From: Actinomycetes bacterium
GTDB taxonomy: Bacteria > Actinomycetota > Actinomycetes > Prado026
Reading direction: 5' to 3'
NCBI GenBank assembly: GCA_038210415.1
Contig: JBBQWS010000006.1
Span: forward strand, 28,650 to 92,649
DNA length: 64,000 nucleotides
The notes beneath the pieces were generated by a model, which was given only the letters and a program-made list of their open reading frames with translations, was not told where the DNA came from and made no database searches. The translations under genes were made by a program, and so were the position numbers. This document shows, one piece after another, positions 43,599-53,865 of this stretch (its first letter is position 1; the number at the start of each line of letters is the position of its first letter).

Positions 43599-45248
43599 GT
43601 GCCCAGTCTCACCTGGATCGTCGACCTGGCGGACCCGTCCCACAGCGCGGCGGTCAACCGCCTCCAGCTTTCGTTCGACGCCGCCGGATACCCCGCCGCC
43701 ACGTCCGAGATCCCCGACGTCGTCGTGGTGTGGGTCGACCGGCCGCTACCGGCTGAGGTCCTCGACCGGCTCGACGCGACCCCCGCCGTGGTCGTCCTCG
43801 CCGGCGGCACCCTCGAGCACGGTGACCCCGACGGGCGGCTGGCCGACCGGGCCGGCCTGCTGGTCGGTGTCGCGACACCGAGCCACGACATGCGGATCCG
43901 GGCCGGCGCGGACGCCCCCGACGTTCTCCGGCCGGCCGGCCATGCCCACGCCGACGCGGCCCACCTCGGCGAGCACGTCCACGTCGTCGACCGCGTCCTC
44001 ACGGTCGACAAGGTGCTCCCCGACGTCCAGGTGCTGCTCACGGCCCAGCTTGGCCTGACGGCGCAACCCGTCGCGACCTGGCGGCCGGGCACCAACGTCC
44101 TTGTCTGGAACCTCGGCACGACGGGCCCAGCGACCGACGTGCGTCCGGTCAACCGGCTGCTCCTGCAGTGCCTCGGACACGTCCTCGGCCGGCCCGTGGC
44201 GCGCCCGGTGCGCGTGGGTCTGCTGGGCTACGGCGCCATCGGCCACGAGCACAGCCGGGCGGCCCGAGCCGTCGCCGGGCTCGAGCTGGCCGCGGTCTGC
44301 GACACCTCGCCCCAACGGGTGGCTGCTGCTCAGCAGGCGGCGTCCAGGCTGCGCGGCTACGTCGACCCGAACGCCCTCCTCGGCGACGACGACATCGACC
44401 TGGTCGTCGTCTCCACCCCGCCCAGCACCCACGCCGTGTGGGCCCTGCGAGCGATCGAGGCCGGCAAGCACGTCGTCGTCGAGAAGCCGTTCGCCCTGCG
44501 CACCGAGGAGGCCGACGCGGTGCTCGACGCCGCGGCCGCGCGAGGACTGCTCGCGGTCGTCTACCAGAACCGGCGCTTCGACGCGGACCACCTCGCGGTG
44601 AAGCGTCTCGTCGAGGCCGGTCGACTCGGTGAGGTGTTCCAGCTCGAGACGTTCGTCGGGGGCTACGGGCACCCGTGCAACCTCTGGCACTCCGACGAAG
44701 GCGTGTCCGGCGGAGCGTTCTACGACTGGGGATCACACGTTCTGGACCAGCTGCTTGACCTGGTGCCCGACGAGATCACCCACGTCACGGCTGCGAACCA
44801 CAAGCGCCGCTGGTTCGACGTCACCAACGCCGACCACTCCCGCGTCACGATCCGGTTCGCCAGCGGCGCCGAGGCCGAGTTCGTCCACTCCGACCTCGCG
44901 GCCGCGCTCAAGCCTCGCTGGTACGTCCTGGGCACGCAGGGCGCCGTCGTCGGGTCCTGGCGCACCGAACGCGTCGTGTCCCGTTCCGACATCGGCACGC
45001 TGGTCGAGGACGTCCTCGCTCCGGCCGATTCACCGCCGGTGATCACGCTGCACTCCGCCGACGGTTCGGTGACCCAGGTCGCCACGCCGCCCGCGCCGCC
45101 GTACGAGTTCCACCAGGAGCTCGCCGACCGCCTCCTGCTCGGGCTGCCGATGTCGGTCACGGGCGAGCAGTCCCGCCGGGTGCTGTCGGTCATGGAAGCC
45201 GCCCGGGAGTCAGCCGCCGACGACAGCAGGCCCGTGGCGCCACGGTGA
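43599..45248 (+). CDS. Two-domain protein: N-terminal ~200-aa domain of unknown function + Gfo/Idh/MocA-family NAD(P)-dependent oxidoreductase
   Basis: The Rossmann motif VRVGLLGYGAIGHEH begins at about residue 205, followed by ..EKPFA.. and a C-terminal alpha/beta dimerisation domain. Confidence 0.7.
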   Translation: MPSLTWIVDLADPSHSAAVNRLQLSFDAAGYPAATSEIPDVVVVWVDRPLPAEVLDRLDATPAVVVLAGGTLEHGDPDGRLADRAGLLVGVATPSHDMRIRAGADAPDVLRPAGHAHADAAHLGEHVHVVDRVLTVDKVLPDVQVLLTAQLGLTAQPVATWRPGTNVLVWNLGTTGPATDVRPVNRLLLQCLGHVLGRPVARPVRVGLLGYGAIGHEHSRAARAVAGLELAAVCDTSPQRVAAAQQAASRLRGYVDPNALLGDDDIDLVVVSTPPSTHAVWALRAIEAGKHVVVEKPFALRTEEADAVLDAAAARGLLAVVYQNRRFDADHLAVKRLVEAGRLGEVFQLETFVGGYGHPCNLWHSDEGVSGGAFYDWGSHVLDQLLDLVPDEITHVTAANHKRRWFDVTNADHSRVTIRFASGAEAEFVHSDLAAALKPRWYVLGTQGAVVGSWRTERVVSRSDIGTLVEDVLAPADSPPVITLHSADGSVTQVATPPAPPYEFHQELADRLLLGLPMSVTGEQSRRVLSVMEAARESAADDSRPVAPR

Positions 45249-46228
45249 GCACCCCCATCCGCTGGGGGTTCCTCGGCGCCGGCTACATCGCGTCGCGTGC
45301 CCTCGGGCCGGCCGTGCATGCGGCCGACGGTGCTGTGCTGCAGGCTGCCGCCGCCCGCGACCTCGACCGGGCGCGTGCGCTCGAGCCGTCCGGGCACTCC
45401 TACACCGACTACGCCGCCGTCTGCGCGGACCCCGAGGTCGACGTCGTCTACGTCGCGCTGCCGGGCAACGACCACCTGCGATGGACGCTCGCCGCTCTCG
45501 CCGCCGGCAAGCACGTCCTGTGCGAGAAGCCGCTAGGAGCCGACGCCGCCGAGGTCCGACGGATGACCGACGCAGCCGCTCGCGCCGACCGGTTGCTCGT
45601 CGAGGCGGCGTGGAACCGCTGGCACCCGCGCACCCGACGACTGCTCGACCTGGTGGCCGACGAAGCCCCGCGTGACCCGCCGCTCGAGGTCGTCGCGGCG
45701 TTCACGTTCGGCGGCGTGCCCCCTGACAACTTCCGGCTCGACCCGGCACGGGGTGGCGGCGCCCTTTACGACGTCGGCTGCTACTGCGTCGCCGTCTCGG
45801 CGGCGCTGCTCACGGCACCGGGCCAGGCCCTGGACGTCCGTTCGGTCACCACCACCATCGGGCCGACCGGGGTCGATCTCACGACGGTCGCCGAGCTGGC
45901 GGGAACACGCGGCACCGCTCGCATCACCGCGTCGATCGATGCGCCCGAGGGGCAACAGCTGACGGTGACGGCAGGCACCTGGGGTGTCGAGTCCGTCGGC
46001 GACGCCTTCGCCTCGTGGCGTGAACCGTCTCGGCTGCGGATCCACGACGCCAGCGCGACCCGGGTCGAGCAGTTCGCGGCCGTCGACGCGTACCAGTGCA
46101 TGGTCGAGGCGGTCAGTCGACGGGTCGGCGGCGACCCGACAGCTTGGGTCCTGCCGCTCGCCGAGTCCGCCGCCACCGCACAGACCCTCGACCGCATCCG
46201 CGGCTACAGCAGAGAGACGTCAGCATGA
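45245..46228 (+). CDS. Gfo/Idh/MocA-family oxidoreductase
   Basis: IRWGFLGAGYIASRAL.., ..CEKPL... The GTG start overlaps the upstream TGA. The TGA overlaps the next ATG. Confidence 0.8.
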   Translation: MSTPIRWGFLGAGYIASRALGPAVHAADGAVLQAAAARDLDRARALEPSGHSYTDYAAVCADPEVDVVYVALPGNDHLRWTLAALAAGKHVLCEKPLGADAAEVRRMTDAAARADRLLVEAAWNRWHPRTRRLLDLVADEAPRDPPLEVVAAFTFGGVPPDNFRLDPARGGGALYDVGCYCVAVSAALLTAPGQALDVRSVTTTIGPTGVDLTTVAELAGTRGTARITASIDAPEGQQLTVTAGTWGVESVGDAFASWREPSRLRIHDASATRVEQFAAVDAYQCMVEAVSRRVGGDPTAWVLPLAESAATAQTLDRIRGYSRETSA

Positions 46229-47508
46229 GTCGACTAGTCATCATGGGTTCCGGCGAAACCGCGCCGACGATGGTGCGCGTGCACCGACGGGTGTTCGCGG
46301 ACACAGGCTTCGGCAACGGCGGCCTGCCCAGCGCCGCAGTGATGCTCGACACCCCGTTCGGCTTCCAGAGCAACGCTGACGAGCTGGTCGAGCGCACGGT
46401 CACCTACTTCGCCGACAGCGTGGGCCAGCAGGTCTCGGTCGGCACCTGGCGCCGCGCTGACCAGCCGTCGATGCTCCGCGAGAAGACCCTCGCCCTGCTG
46501 CAGCAGGCCCGGTGGGCCTTCGCCGGCCCGGGGAGCCCCACGTTCGCCCTGCGGCAGTGGATCGGCACCCCGATCCCGGCCGCCCTCGCGGAGGTCGCCA
46601 CCCGGGGTGGCACCGTCGTCATGGGGAGCGCCGCTGCGGTGACGCTCGGCACGCACGCGATCCCGGTGTACGAGATCTACAAGGCCGGCGAGGACCCGCA
46701 CTGGGAACCAGGGATCGACCTGTTCGGCACCCTCACCGGGCTGACCGCCGTCGTCATCCCGCACTACAACAACAACGAGGGCGGCACCCACGACACCCGG
46801 TTCTGCTACCTCGGCGAGGAACGGCTCGCGCCGATGGAGCGCAAGCTCCCGGCCACCACCGGTGTCCTCGGCGTCGACGAGCACACCGCGTTCGTCCTCG
46901 ACCTGGAAGCTCGCACGGGCACCGTCGAGGGCAACGGTGTCGTCACCGTCCGGCATGCCGGGGTCTCCTACGAGCTGGAGGCCGACACCGTCGTCGGGTT
47001 CGACGAGCTCGCCGCCCTCCTCCGCGGCGAGGGCCAGGGCTCGCAGCCTGTCGCAGCCACCGCTCACCCGGTTCACGAGCCCGCACTCAACGCCCACCAC
47101 TCCACGCCTGCCCCGACCTCGGTGGCCGAGAGCGCCGAACAGGCCCGAGTGGCTTTCGACCTGGCCCTGGCCTCGCGGAATGTCACCGGGTGCGTCGCCG
47201 CCGTGCTCGAGCTGGAGGAGGCGATCCACGACTGGAGCGCCGACACGCTGCTCAGCGACGACGGCAACCACGCCCGCCGGCTGCTCCGCTCGATGGTCGT
47301 GCGGCTCGGCGAGCTGGCCGAGGTCGGCGCCCGCGACCCGCGCGACCAGGTCGCCCCGTACGTCGACCTGCTGCTGCGGCTGCGGGCCAACGCCCGCGGC
47401 GCCAAGGACTTCGCGACTTCCGACCTGGTGCGCGACCAGCTTGCTGCCGCCGGGGTCGAGGTACGCGACACCCCCGACGGCGCGACCTGGGGGCTCGCGG
47501 GCGCCTGA
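46225..47508 (+). CDS. Fusion protein: N-terminal class-I-glutamine-amidotransferase-like / peptidase-S51-like domain + C-terminal region resembling the cysteinyl-tRNA synthetase C-terminal (DALR-2/anticodon-binding) helical domain
   Basis: N-terminus MSRLVIMGSGETAP... The C-terminus ..LRANARGAKDFATSDLVRDQLAAAGVEVRDTPDGATWG resembles the CysRS/MshC C-terminal pattern (RKAKDWA.AD.IRD.L...GI...D.P.GT.W). Confidence 0.45.
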   Translation: MSRLVIMGSGETAPTMVRVHRRVFADTGFGNGGLPSAAVMLDTPFGFQSNADELVERTVTYFADSVGQQVSVGTWRRADQPSMLREKTLALLQQARWAFAGPGSPTFALRQWIGTPIPAALAEVATRGGTVVMGSAAAVTLGTHAIPVYEIYKAGEDPHWEPGIDLFGTLTGLTAVVIPHYNNNEGGTHDTRFCYLGEERLAPMERKLPATTGVLGVDEHTAFVLDLEARTGTVEGNGVVTVRHAGVSYELEADTVVGFDELAALLRGEGQGSQPVAATAHPVHEPALNAHHSTPAPTSVAESAEQARVAFDLALASRNVTGCVAAVLELEEAIHDWSADTLLSDDGNHARRLLRSMVVRLGELAEVGARDPRDQVAPYVDLLLRLRANARGAKDFATSDLVRDQLAAAGVEVRDTPDGATWGLAGA

Positions 47509-47538
47509 GCCGACCCCCGGCGTGGCATCATCCCCAGG

Positions 47539-49947
47539 GTGACGGCAGCGCAGGAGCAGACGAGCGCTGCCGGGGTCCTGGTGCTCGAGCCCGAGCTACC
47601 GCGTCGCGTCCGGCGTCCCGTGGACCTGCTGCGGCTGATCTCCACCGGCGTCGTCCTGGCCGCCACCCTCACAGTGGGCGACCTCGCCGTCGGCACGGCA
47701 GCCGGGCTCGAGCAGGATCTCGTCGGCGCCACCACCGGCTTTCCCCGCCTGCTGCTCAACTTGTTCACCCTGGTCGCGGCCCTCGGCGTGCTTGCGCTTC
47801 CCGTCGCTGTCGCGATCGACCTGCTGCTGCGCCGGCACGTGCGGCAGCTGGTCGACTCCCTCGTCGCAGCCGGGCTCGGCGCCGTGGCCGCCCTGCTGCT
47901 GAAGATGCTCGTCGCCGACGTCGAGCCGGCCGGCCTGCTCCAGGCGCTCACCAAGACCCTGCCCGGTGGCGGTCGGAGCGCCCCTCTCGACGGGCTGCTG
48001 GTGGCGACGGCCGCGTTCCTCACGGTCGCCGACATCGGCGCGCGGCGCTGGCTGTCCACGTTGGCGTGGACCTTCATCGGATCGGTCGCCCTCACCGGCT
48101 TCCTGTCCGGCGACATCACGGCGCTCGCTCTGGTCTGCAGTCTGCTGATCGGACGGGCGATCGGGCTCGGCCTCCGGTACGCGACCGGGGCGTCCTCGAC
48201 CAGGCCGCCGGGAACCGACGTGGCCGACGCCCTGTTCGCGTGCGGTGTCAAGGTCCCCCGGCTCGAGGCGATGAACGATGATGCCGCGCCGGACCGCCAC
48301 TACTCCGCGCAGTGGCAGGGCTCGCCGGTGCTCGTCCACGTCTTCGACCGTGACACGTACGGGTCCGCGCTGGGTCGGCGGATCCTGCGCCGGCTGCGGC
48401 TGCGCGCGTTCGCGACGCGTGGCCCGGCGCTGACCGTCCGACGCGCGGTCGAGCACGAGATGCTGATGGCGCTGGCCCTCGACAAGCTCGGCATCCTCAC
48501 CCCCGAACCCCTGGCTGCCACCGACGTCGGGCCGTACGCCGCGCTGGTCGCATTCCGCATGCCGAGCGGCACGGTGACCCTGGCCGAGGTCGCGGCCCGC
48601 GACGAGCCGCCGACGGGCTCAGAGCTGGAAGCGCTGTGGCGGCTGCTCGCGACGTTGCAGCAGGCCAAGGTCGCCCACCGCGGCCTGACGGCCGGACGGC
48701 TGCTGCTCTCCGAGGACGCCCGGGCCGGAGTGCTCGACGGTGCGGTCGGCGAGATCGCCGCTGCCGACCTCGCGCTGCGCCTGGACACCGCCCAGCTGCT
48801 CGTCACCGTGGCTCTGATCGTCGGCCCGGAGCGCGCTGTCGAGACCGCCCGCGAGACCCTCGGGGACGCGCCGGTACTGCGCGCCCTCCCGCTGCTGCAA
48901 GGGGTAGCACTGTCGGGATCGACCCGGCGGGCTCTGCGCGAGCACAAGCGGCTGCTGCACGAGCTGCGCGACCAGGTGCTTGCCCTGGTGCCCGGGTCCG
49001 AGCCTGTCGAGGAGGTCGAGCTCCGCCGGGTGCGTCCCCGCACCGTCATCACGGTGATGGGCGGAGCCGTCGCCGCGTACGTCCTGCTGACCCAGCTGGC
49101 GCGGGTCGACTTCAAGCTGGTGCTCAGCAACACCGACTGGCGCTGGGCGATCCTGGTCGTGCTCTTCACCGCGATGACGTTCGTCGGAGCCTCACTCGTG
49201 ATCACCGGGTCGGTGCTGACCAAGCTCATCTTCGTGCGCACTTACCTCACCCAGCTCGCGGTGTCGTTCACCGGTCTGGTCGCGCCCGCGGCCATCGGCA
49301 ACATCGCGATGAATGCCCGCTACCTCGAACGATCCGGCACCGACCCCGCGGTGGCAGCCGCTAGCGTGGGACTCGCCCAGATCGCGCAGTTCACGAGCTA
49401 CACGATTCTGCTTGCCGTCTCCGGAGTGCTCGCGGGCACCGGCTTCCATGCCTCGTTCACGCCGTCGCCGACGCTGGTCGTCGCGTTCCTCGGCGTCGTC
49501 GCCGTGATCATCGTGGTGCTGCTCCTGCCGTTCGGCCGCAAGCTCGTGCAGGACCGGGCGCTGCCGGTGCTCAAGCAGGTGGGGCCGCGCATCGTGTCGG
49601 TCTTCCAGCATCCGCGCAAGCTGGTCACCCTGCTCGGAGGCGCGCTGCTCCTCGACCTCTCGTTCGTCGGGGCCTTCACCTGCTCGACCCGGGCCTTCGG
49701 CGGGACTCTGGCGATCCCGGCGCTCGCGGTCGTCTACTTCGCAGGGGCGATCGTGGGTTCGGCCGTGCCGACGCCCGGCGGTCTGGGCGGCGTCGAAGCG
49801 GCCCTCGCCGCCGGGCTGACGGCGGCCGGAACCGACAGCGGAGTCGCCGTCTCCGCGGTGCTGCTCTTTCGGCTCGCCACCTACTGGTTGCCCATTCCCT
49901 TCGGCTGGGCCTCGATCAACTACCTGCAGCGCAAGGGTTCTCTCTGA
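47539..49947 (+). CDS. Lysylphosphatidylglycerol-synthase-like (UPF0104/flippase-like) transmembrane protein, two TM modules around a central soluble region
   Basis: 802 aa, an N-terminal 6-8 TM block, a central ~300-aa soluble region and a C-terminal 8-TM block with an MprF-flippase-like pattern. GTG start. Confidence 0.55.
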   Translation: MTAAQEQTSAAGVLVLEPELPRRVRRPVDLLRLISTGVVLAATLTVGDLAVGTAAGLEQDLVGATTGFPRLLLNLFTLVAALGVLALPVAVAIDLLLRRHVRQLVDSLVAAGLGAVAALLLKMLVADVEPAGLLQALTKTLPGGGRSAPLDGLLVATAAFLTVADIGARRWLSTLAWTFIGSVALTGFLSGDITALALVCSLLIGRAIGLGLRYATGASSTRPPGTDVADALFACGVKVPRLEAMNDDAAPDRHYSAQWQGSPVLVHVFDRDTYGSALGRRILRRLRLRAFATRGPALTVRRAVEHEMLMALALDKLGILTPEPLAATDVGPYAALVAFRMPSGTVTLAEVAARDEPPTGSELEALWRLLATLQQAKVAHRGLTAGRLLLSEDARAGVLDGAVGEIAAADLALRLDTAQLLVTVALIVGPERAVETARETLGDAPVLRALPLLQGVALSGSTRRALREHKRLLHELRDQVLALVPGSEPVEEVELRRVRPRTVITVMGGAVAAYVLLTQLARVDFKLVLSNTDWRWAILVVLFTAMTFVGASLVITGSVLTKLIFVRTYLTQLAVSFTGLVAPAAIGNIAMNARYLERSGTDPAVAAASVGLAQIAQFTSYTILLAVSGVLAGTGFHASFTPSPTLVVAFLGVVAVIIVVLLLPFGRKLVQDRALPVLKQVGPRIVSVFQHPRKLVTLLGGALLLDLSFVGAFTCSTRAFGGTLAIPALAVVYFAGAIVGSAVPTPGGLGGVEAALAAGLTAAGTDSGVAVSAVLLFRLATYWLPIPFGWASINYLQRKGSL

Positions 49948-49954
49948 CCGACGG

Positions 49955-51866
49955 TCAGTCGCTGGCCCCAGCGGTCAGGTCGTAGACCGTCGCGCCGCCG
50001 ACCGTCACGGCGGTGAAGCGCGACGCCACCCAGGTCGTGATCTCGGTGGTAGCGCTGCTTCCACCGTTGGCCTGTCCCATCCCTCCTCCGGCGATGAAGT
50101 AGTGCACCTTCCCCGACTTCACGTACTGCTGGAACATCGCGAGGGTCGGGTAGGGGTCGCTGCCGTTGAAGCCGCCCAGCGACATCACCGGGGCGCCGAT
50201 CGCCAACTGGTAGCCGGCCGCCGAGTTCGCCCCGACCGCGGCCGCGGCCCACGTGTACGAGGACGCGTCGGTCTGCAACAGCTGCTCCAGCTCGGTGGAG
50301 GGCGAGCCGGCGTCGAGCGGGCCTCCCGTCCCGCCGCCGGGCCCGCCACCACCGGGACCGCCACCACCGGGACCGAGGCCGGCTCCGGCGACCGCCGGCC
50401 CAGCCGAAGGGATCGAGCCGGCGTGCGCGGCAACTGCGGTCTGGACCGAGTACGCGGCCGGGCCGGCCAGCCCAGCAACGACCGCGAGCCCGGCGAACGC
50501 GAGTGCCGCCCGCTGCGGCAGCCGGTCGACCACCAAGAGCACCGCCGCCGCGCCGACCCCGACGACCACGACGGTCGGTCGTAGCCAGCCCTGCCAGTCG
50601 GCCGACCGGCCGAGGAGGACGTACGACCAGGCCACGGTGACGAGCAATGCGGAGCTGAGCAGGATCCGCCAGGCGAGCCGATCGCGCTGCTTCCACACGG
50701 CCGTCGCACCGATGCCGACGAGCGCCGATGGCCGGAGCGAGGGCCACCGTGTAGTAGGGGTGGATGATGCCCTGGCCGAAGCTGATGATGACGCCGGTGA
50801 CGAGCAGCCAGCCGCCCCACAGAACGGTCGCGGCGCGCAACCGGTCGGTGCGTCCGGCGCGCAGCGACAGCCACAGCAAGGCGACCATCAGGATCAGGGC
50901 CGTCGGGAGCAGCCACGACACCTGGCCGCCGAAATCGGAGTCGAAGAGCCGGCTCCATCCCGTCGCGCCCCACCTGCTGGTACCGCCGGCAGCGCCGGCG
51001 CCCCCGGTGACGCTGCCAGTCTCGTTCCCGGTGATCCGTCCGAGCCCGTTGTAGCCGAAGATCAGGTCGAGGACGCTGTTGTTCTGCGAGCCGCCGATGT
51101 AGGGCCGGCTGGACTCAGGCCACAGCTCGACGATCGCCACCCACCAACCTGAGGCCGCGACGAGCGCCGCGCCGGCAGCGACCAGGTGGAGCATGCGCTT
51201 GCGCAGCGACGTCGGGGCGGCAACCACGTACATCGCGGCGAACGCCGGCACGACCAGGAGCGCCTGCAGGCTCTTGGTGAGGAAGCCGACCCCTACGAAG
51301 GCCGCTCCGAGCATCAACCACGGGGCGGACGCGCTCTCGACCGCCCGGGTGGTCGCCCACGCGCCGAGGACCAGCAGCAGCACCAGCAATGCGTCCGGGT
51401 TGTTGAAGCGGAACATCAAGGCTGCGACCGGAGTCAGCGCGAGCACCGTCCCGGCGAGCAGCCCGGAAGCCGGCCCGAACCACCGCCGGACAGTCGCGAA
51501 CAGCATTCCCACGGCGGCTACCCCTTCGAGGGCCTGCGGCGCGAGGATGCTCCACGCGTTGACCCCGAAGACCCGGGCCGAGATCTCCATCACCCACAGG
51601 GAGGCCGGCGGCTTGTCTACGGTGATCAGGTTCGCGGCGTCGGACGAGCCGAAGAACATCGCCTTCCAGCTCTGCGTCCCGGCCTGCACCGCGGCGGAGT
51701 AGAACGAGTTGGCCCAGCCCGAGGCGCCGAGGTCCCACAGGTAGAGGACTGCGGAGAGTGCGAGCAGACCGAGGAGGGCTGGGCGCACCCAGCGGGGGTC
51801 GGTTGGTCGTGACGGCGGAACGAGGTCCGCCGGGTCGTCGTCGAGGAAACGCAGGTCGCTGGTCAT
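49955..51866 (-). pseudogene. GT39/PMT-family (ArnT-like) polyprenol-phosphate-sugar-dependent glycosyltransferase, split by an apparent net +1/-2 frameshift near 50717..50726
   Basis: The N-terminal 380 aa are in one frame (..HPYYTVALAPAIGA|). The C-terminal 247 aa continue in another frame (|LVGIGATAVWKQRDRLAW..). The join is at GGCGC/TCGTC. Confidence 0.6.
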
Positions 51867-51869
51867 GGG

Positions 51870-53102
51870 TCAGGCCTTCGCGGTCGTAGCGGACAGGCGA
51901 GGGAAGACCCAGGCCCGGAAGAGCAGGAAACGAAGGACGGTCGCGAAGACGTTCGCCGTGACCAGCACCGAGAGCTCGACCCAGGGCGATGCACCGGGGT
52001 CGAGCTGGCCGAGCAGCAGCAGCGAACCCGTCGCGAGTCCGAGCCCGAGCCCGAACACCGCGAGCCCCCGTGCTTGATGACGCAGCTGGCCCGCGGGACC
52101 TCGGACCCCGAAGGTGACCCGACGGTTCAGCGCCGTGTTGACGACAGCCGTGGCCAGCAACGCGGTCGCGTTCGCCCACAGCGCCGGCATGACATCTCGC
52201 AGCAGGACATACATCAGCACGTAGGCGGCGGTGCAGAAGACGCCGACCACGGCGAAACGAAGCAGCTGCTGGATCAGCGAACCAGCAGCTGGGACCGCCG
52301 GCTCGACCGCAGCCCGGTCCCGCAGAGCCGCGAGCGGCAGCCGTCCTGACCCGAGCGCCCGGCCGATCCGCACGATCCCCTTGAGGTCCTCGACCGCGGT
52401 GGCCACGATGTCGACCCGGGAGTCCGGATCGTCCACCCAGTCGACGGGAACCTCGTGGATCCGCAGGCCGACTCGCTCGGCCAGCACCAGGAGCTCGGTG
52501 TCGAAGAACCAGCCGGTGTCCTCCACGAGGGGCAGCAGCTGGCGGGCCCGGTCGGCCCGGATCGCCTTGAACCCGCACTGCGCGTCGGAGAACTTTGCTG
52601 ACAGAGCGGTGCGAAGGATCAGGTTGTAGCAGCGGGAGATCACCTCACGCTTCGGCCCTCTGGCCACCCGCGAGCTGCGGGCCAGCCGGGTGCCGATCGC
52701 CAGGTCGGAATGCCCAGACACGAGCGGGGCGACGAGCGGGAGCAGAGCGGCGAGGTCGGTGGACAGGTCCACATCCATGTATGACAGGACGTGCGCTTCG
52801 GAGGCCAGCCACACGTGGTGCAGGGCCCGACCTCGCCCCTTCTGCTCCAGGCGCACCACGGTGACCTCGGGGAGCTCGTCGCTCAGCTTCCTCGCGATGT
52901 CCAACGTCGCGTCCGTGCTCGCGTTGTCGGCGATGGTGATCCGGAACGTGTACGGGAAGTGGGCCACGAGGTAGTCGTGCAGCCGCCGCACGGACCGCTC
53001 CAGGTCGTGCTCCTCGTTGTGCACCGGGACGACAACGTCCAGGACGGTGGGTCGGGAGGCCACCAGGAACGGGTCCGGGGCCAGTGAAGTTGTCGTTGCC
53101 AT
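51870..53102 (-). CDS. GT2 polyprenol-phosphate glycosyltransferase (Ppm1/DPM-synthase/GtrB-like) fused to a C-terminal GtrA-like 4-TM domain
   Basis: ..VVVPVHNEE.., ..DADL.. GT-A fold; the C-terminal ~120 aa are GtrA-like. Immediately upstream of the GT39 gene. Confidence 0.8.
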   Translation of the reverse strand: MATTTSLAPDPFLVASRPTVLDVVVPVHNEEHDLERSVRRLHDYLVAHFPYTFRITIADNASTDATLDIARKLSDELPEVTVVRLEQKGRGRALHHVWLASEAHVLSYMDVDLSTDLAALLPLVAPLVSGHSDLAIGTRLARSSRVARGPKREVISRCYNLILRTALSAKFSDAQCGFKAIRADRARQLLPLVEDTGWFFDTELLVLAERVGLRIHEVPVDWVDDPDSRVDIVATAVEDLKGIVRIGRALGSGRLPLAALRDRAAVEPAVPAAGSLIQQLLRFAVVGVFCTAAYVLMYVLLRDVMPALWANATALLATAVVNTALNRRVTFGVRGPAGQLRHQARGLAVFGLGLGLATGSLLLLGQLDPGASPWVELSVLVTANVFATVLRFLLFRAWVFPRLSATTAKA

Positions 53103-53252
53103 GACCGAACGATCGGCGCCGACCCAGTCGACAACCTTTCCAGTTCCTCAAGACAGCCTGAGGGATTCCCGAGGTTAGGTCCGGCTGTTGCGCGCGGGCG
53201 CTCCCTGACCGATGCTTCGGGGACGGCCCCGCTCACGCCCTCAGGAGGCACC

Positions 53253-53858
<606 letters not shown>

Positions 53859-53865
53859 TCGTCGC

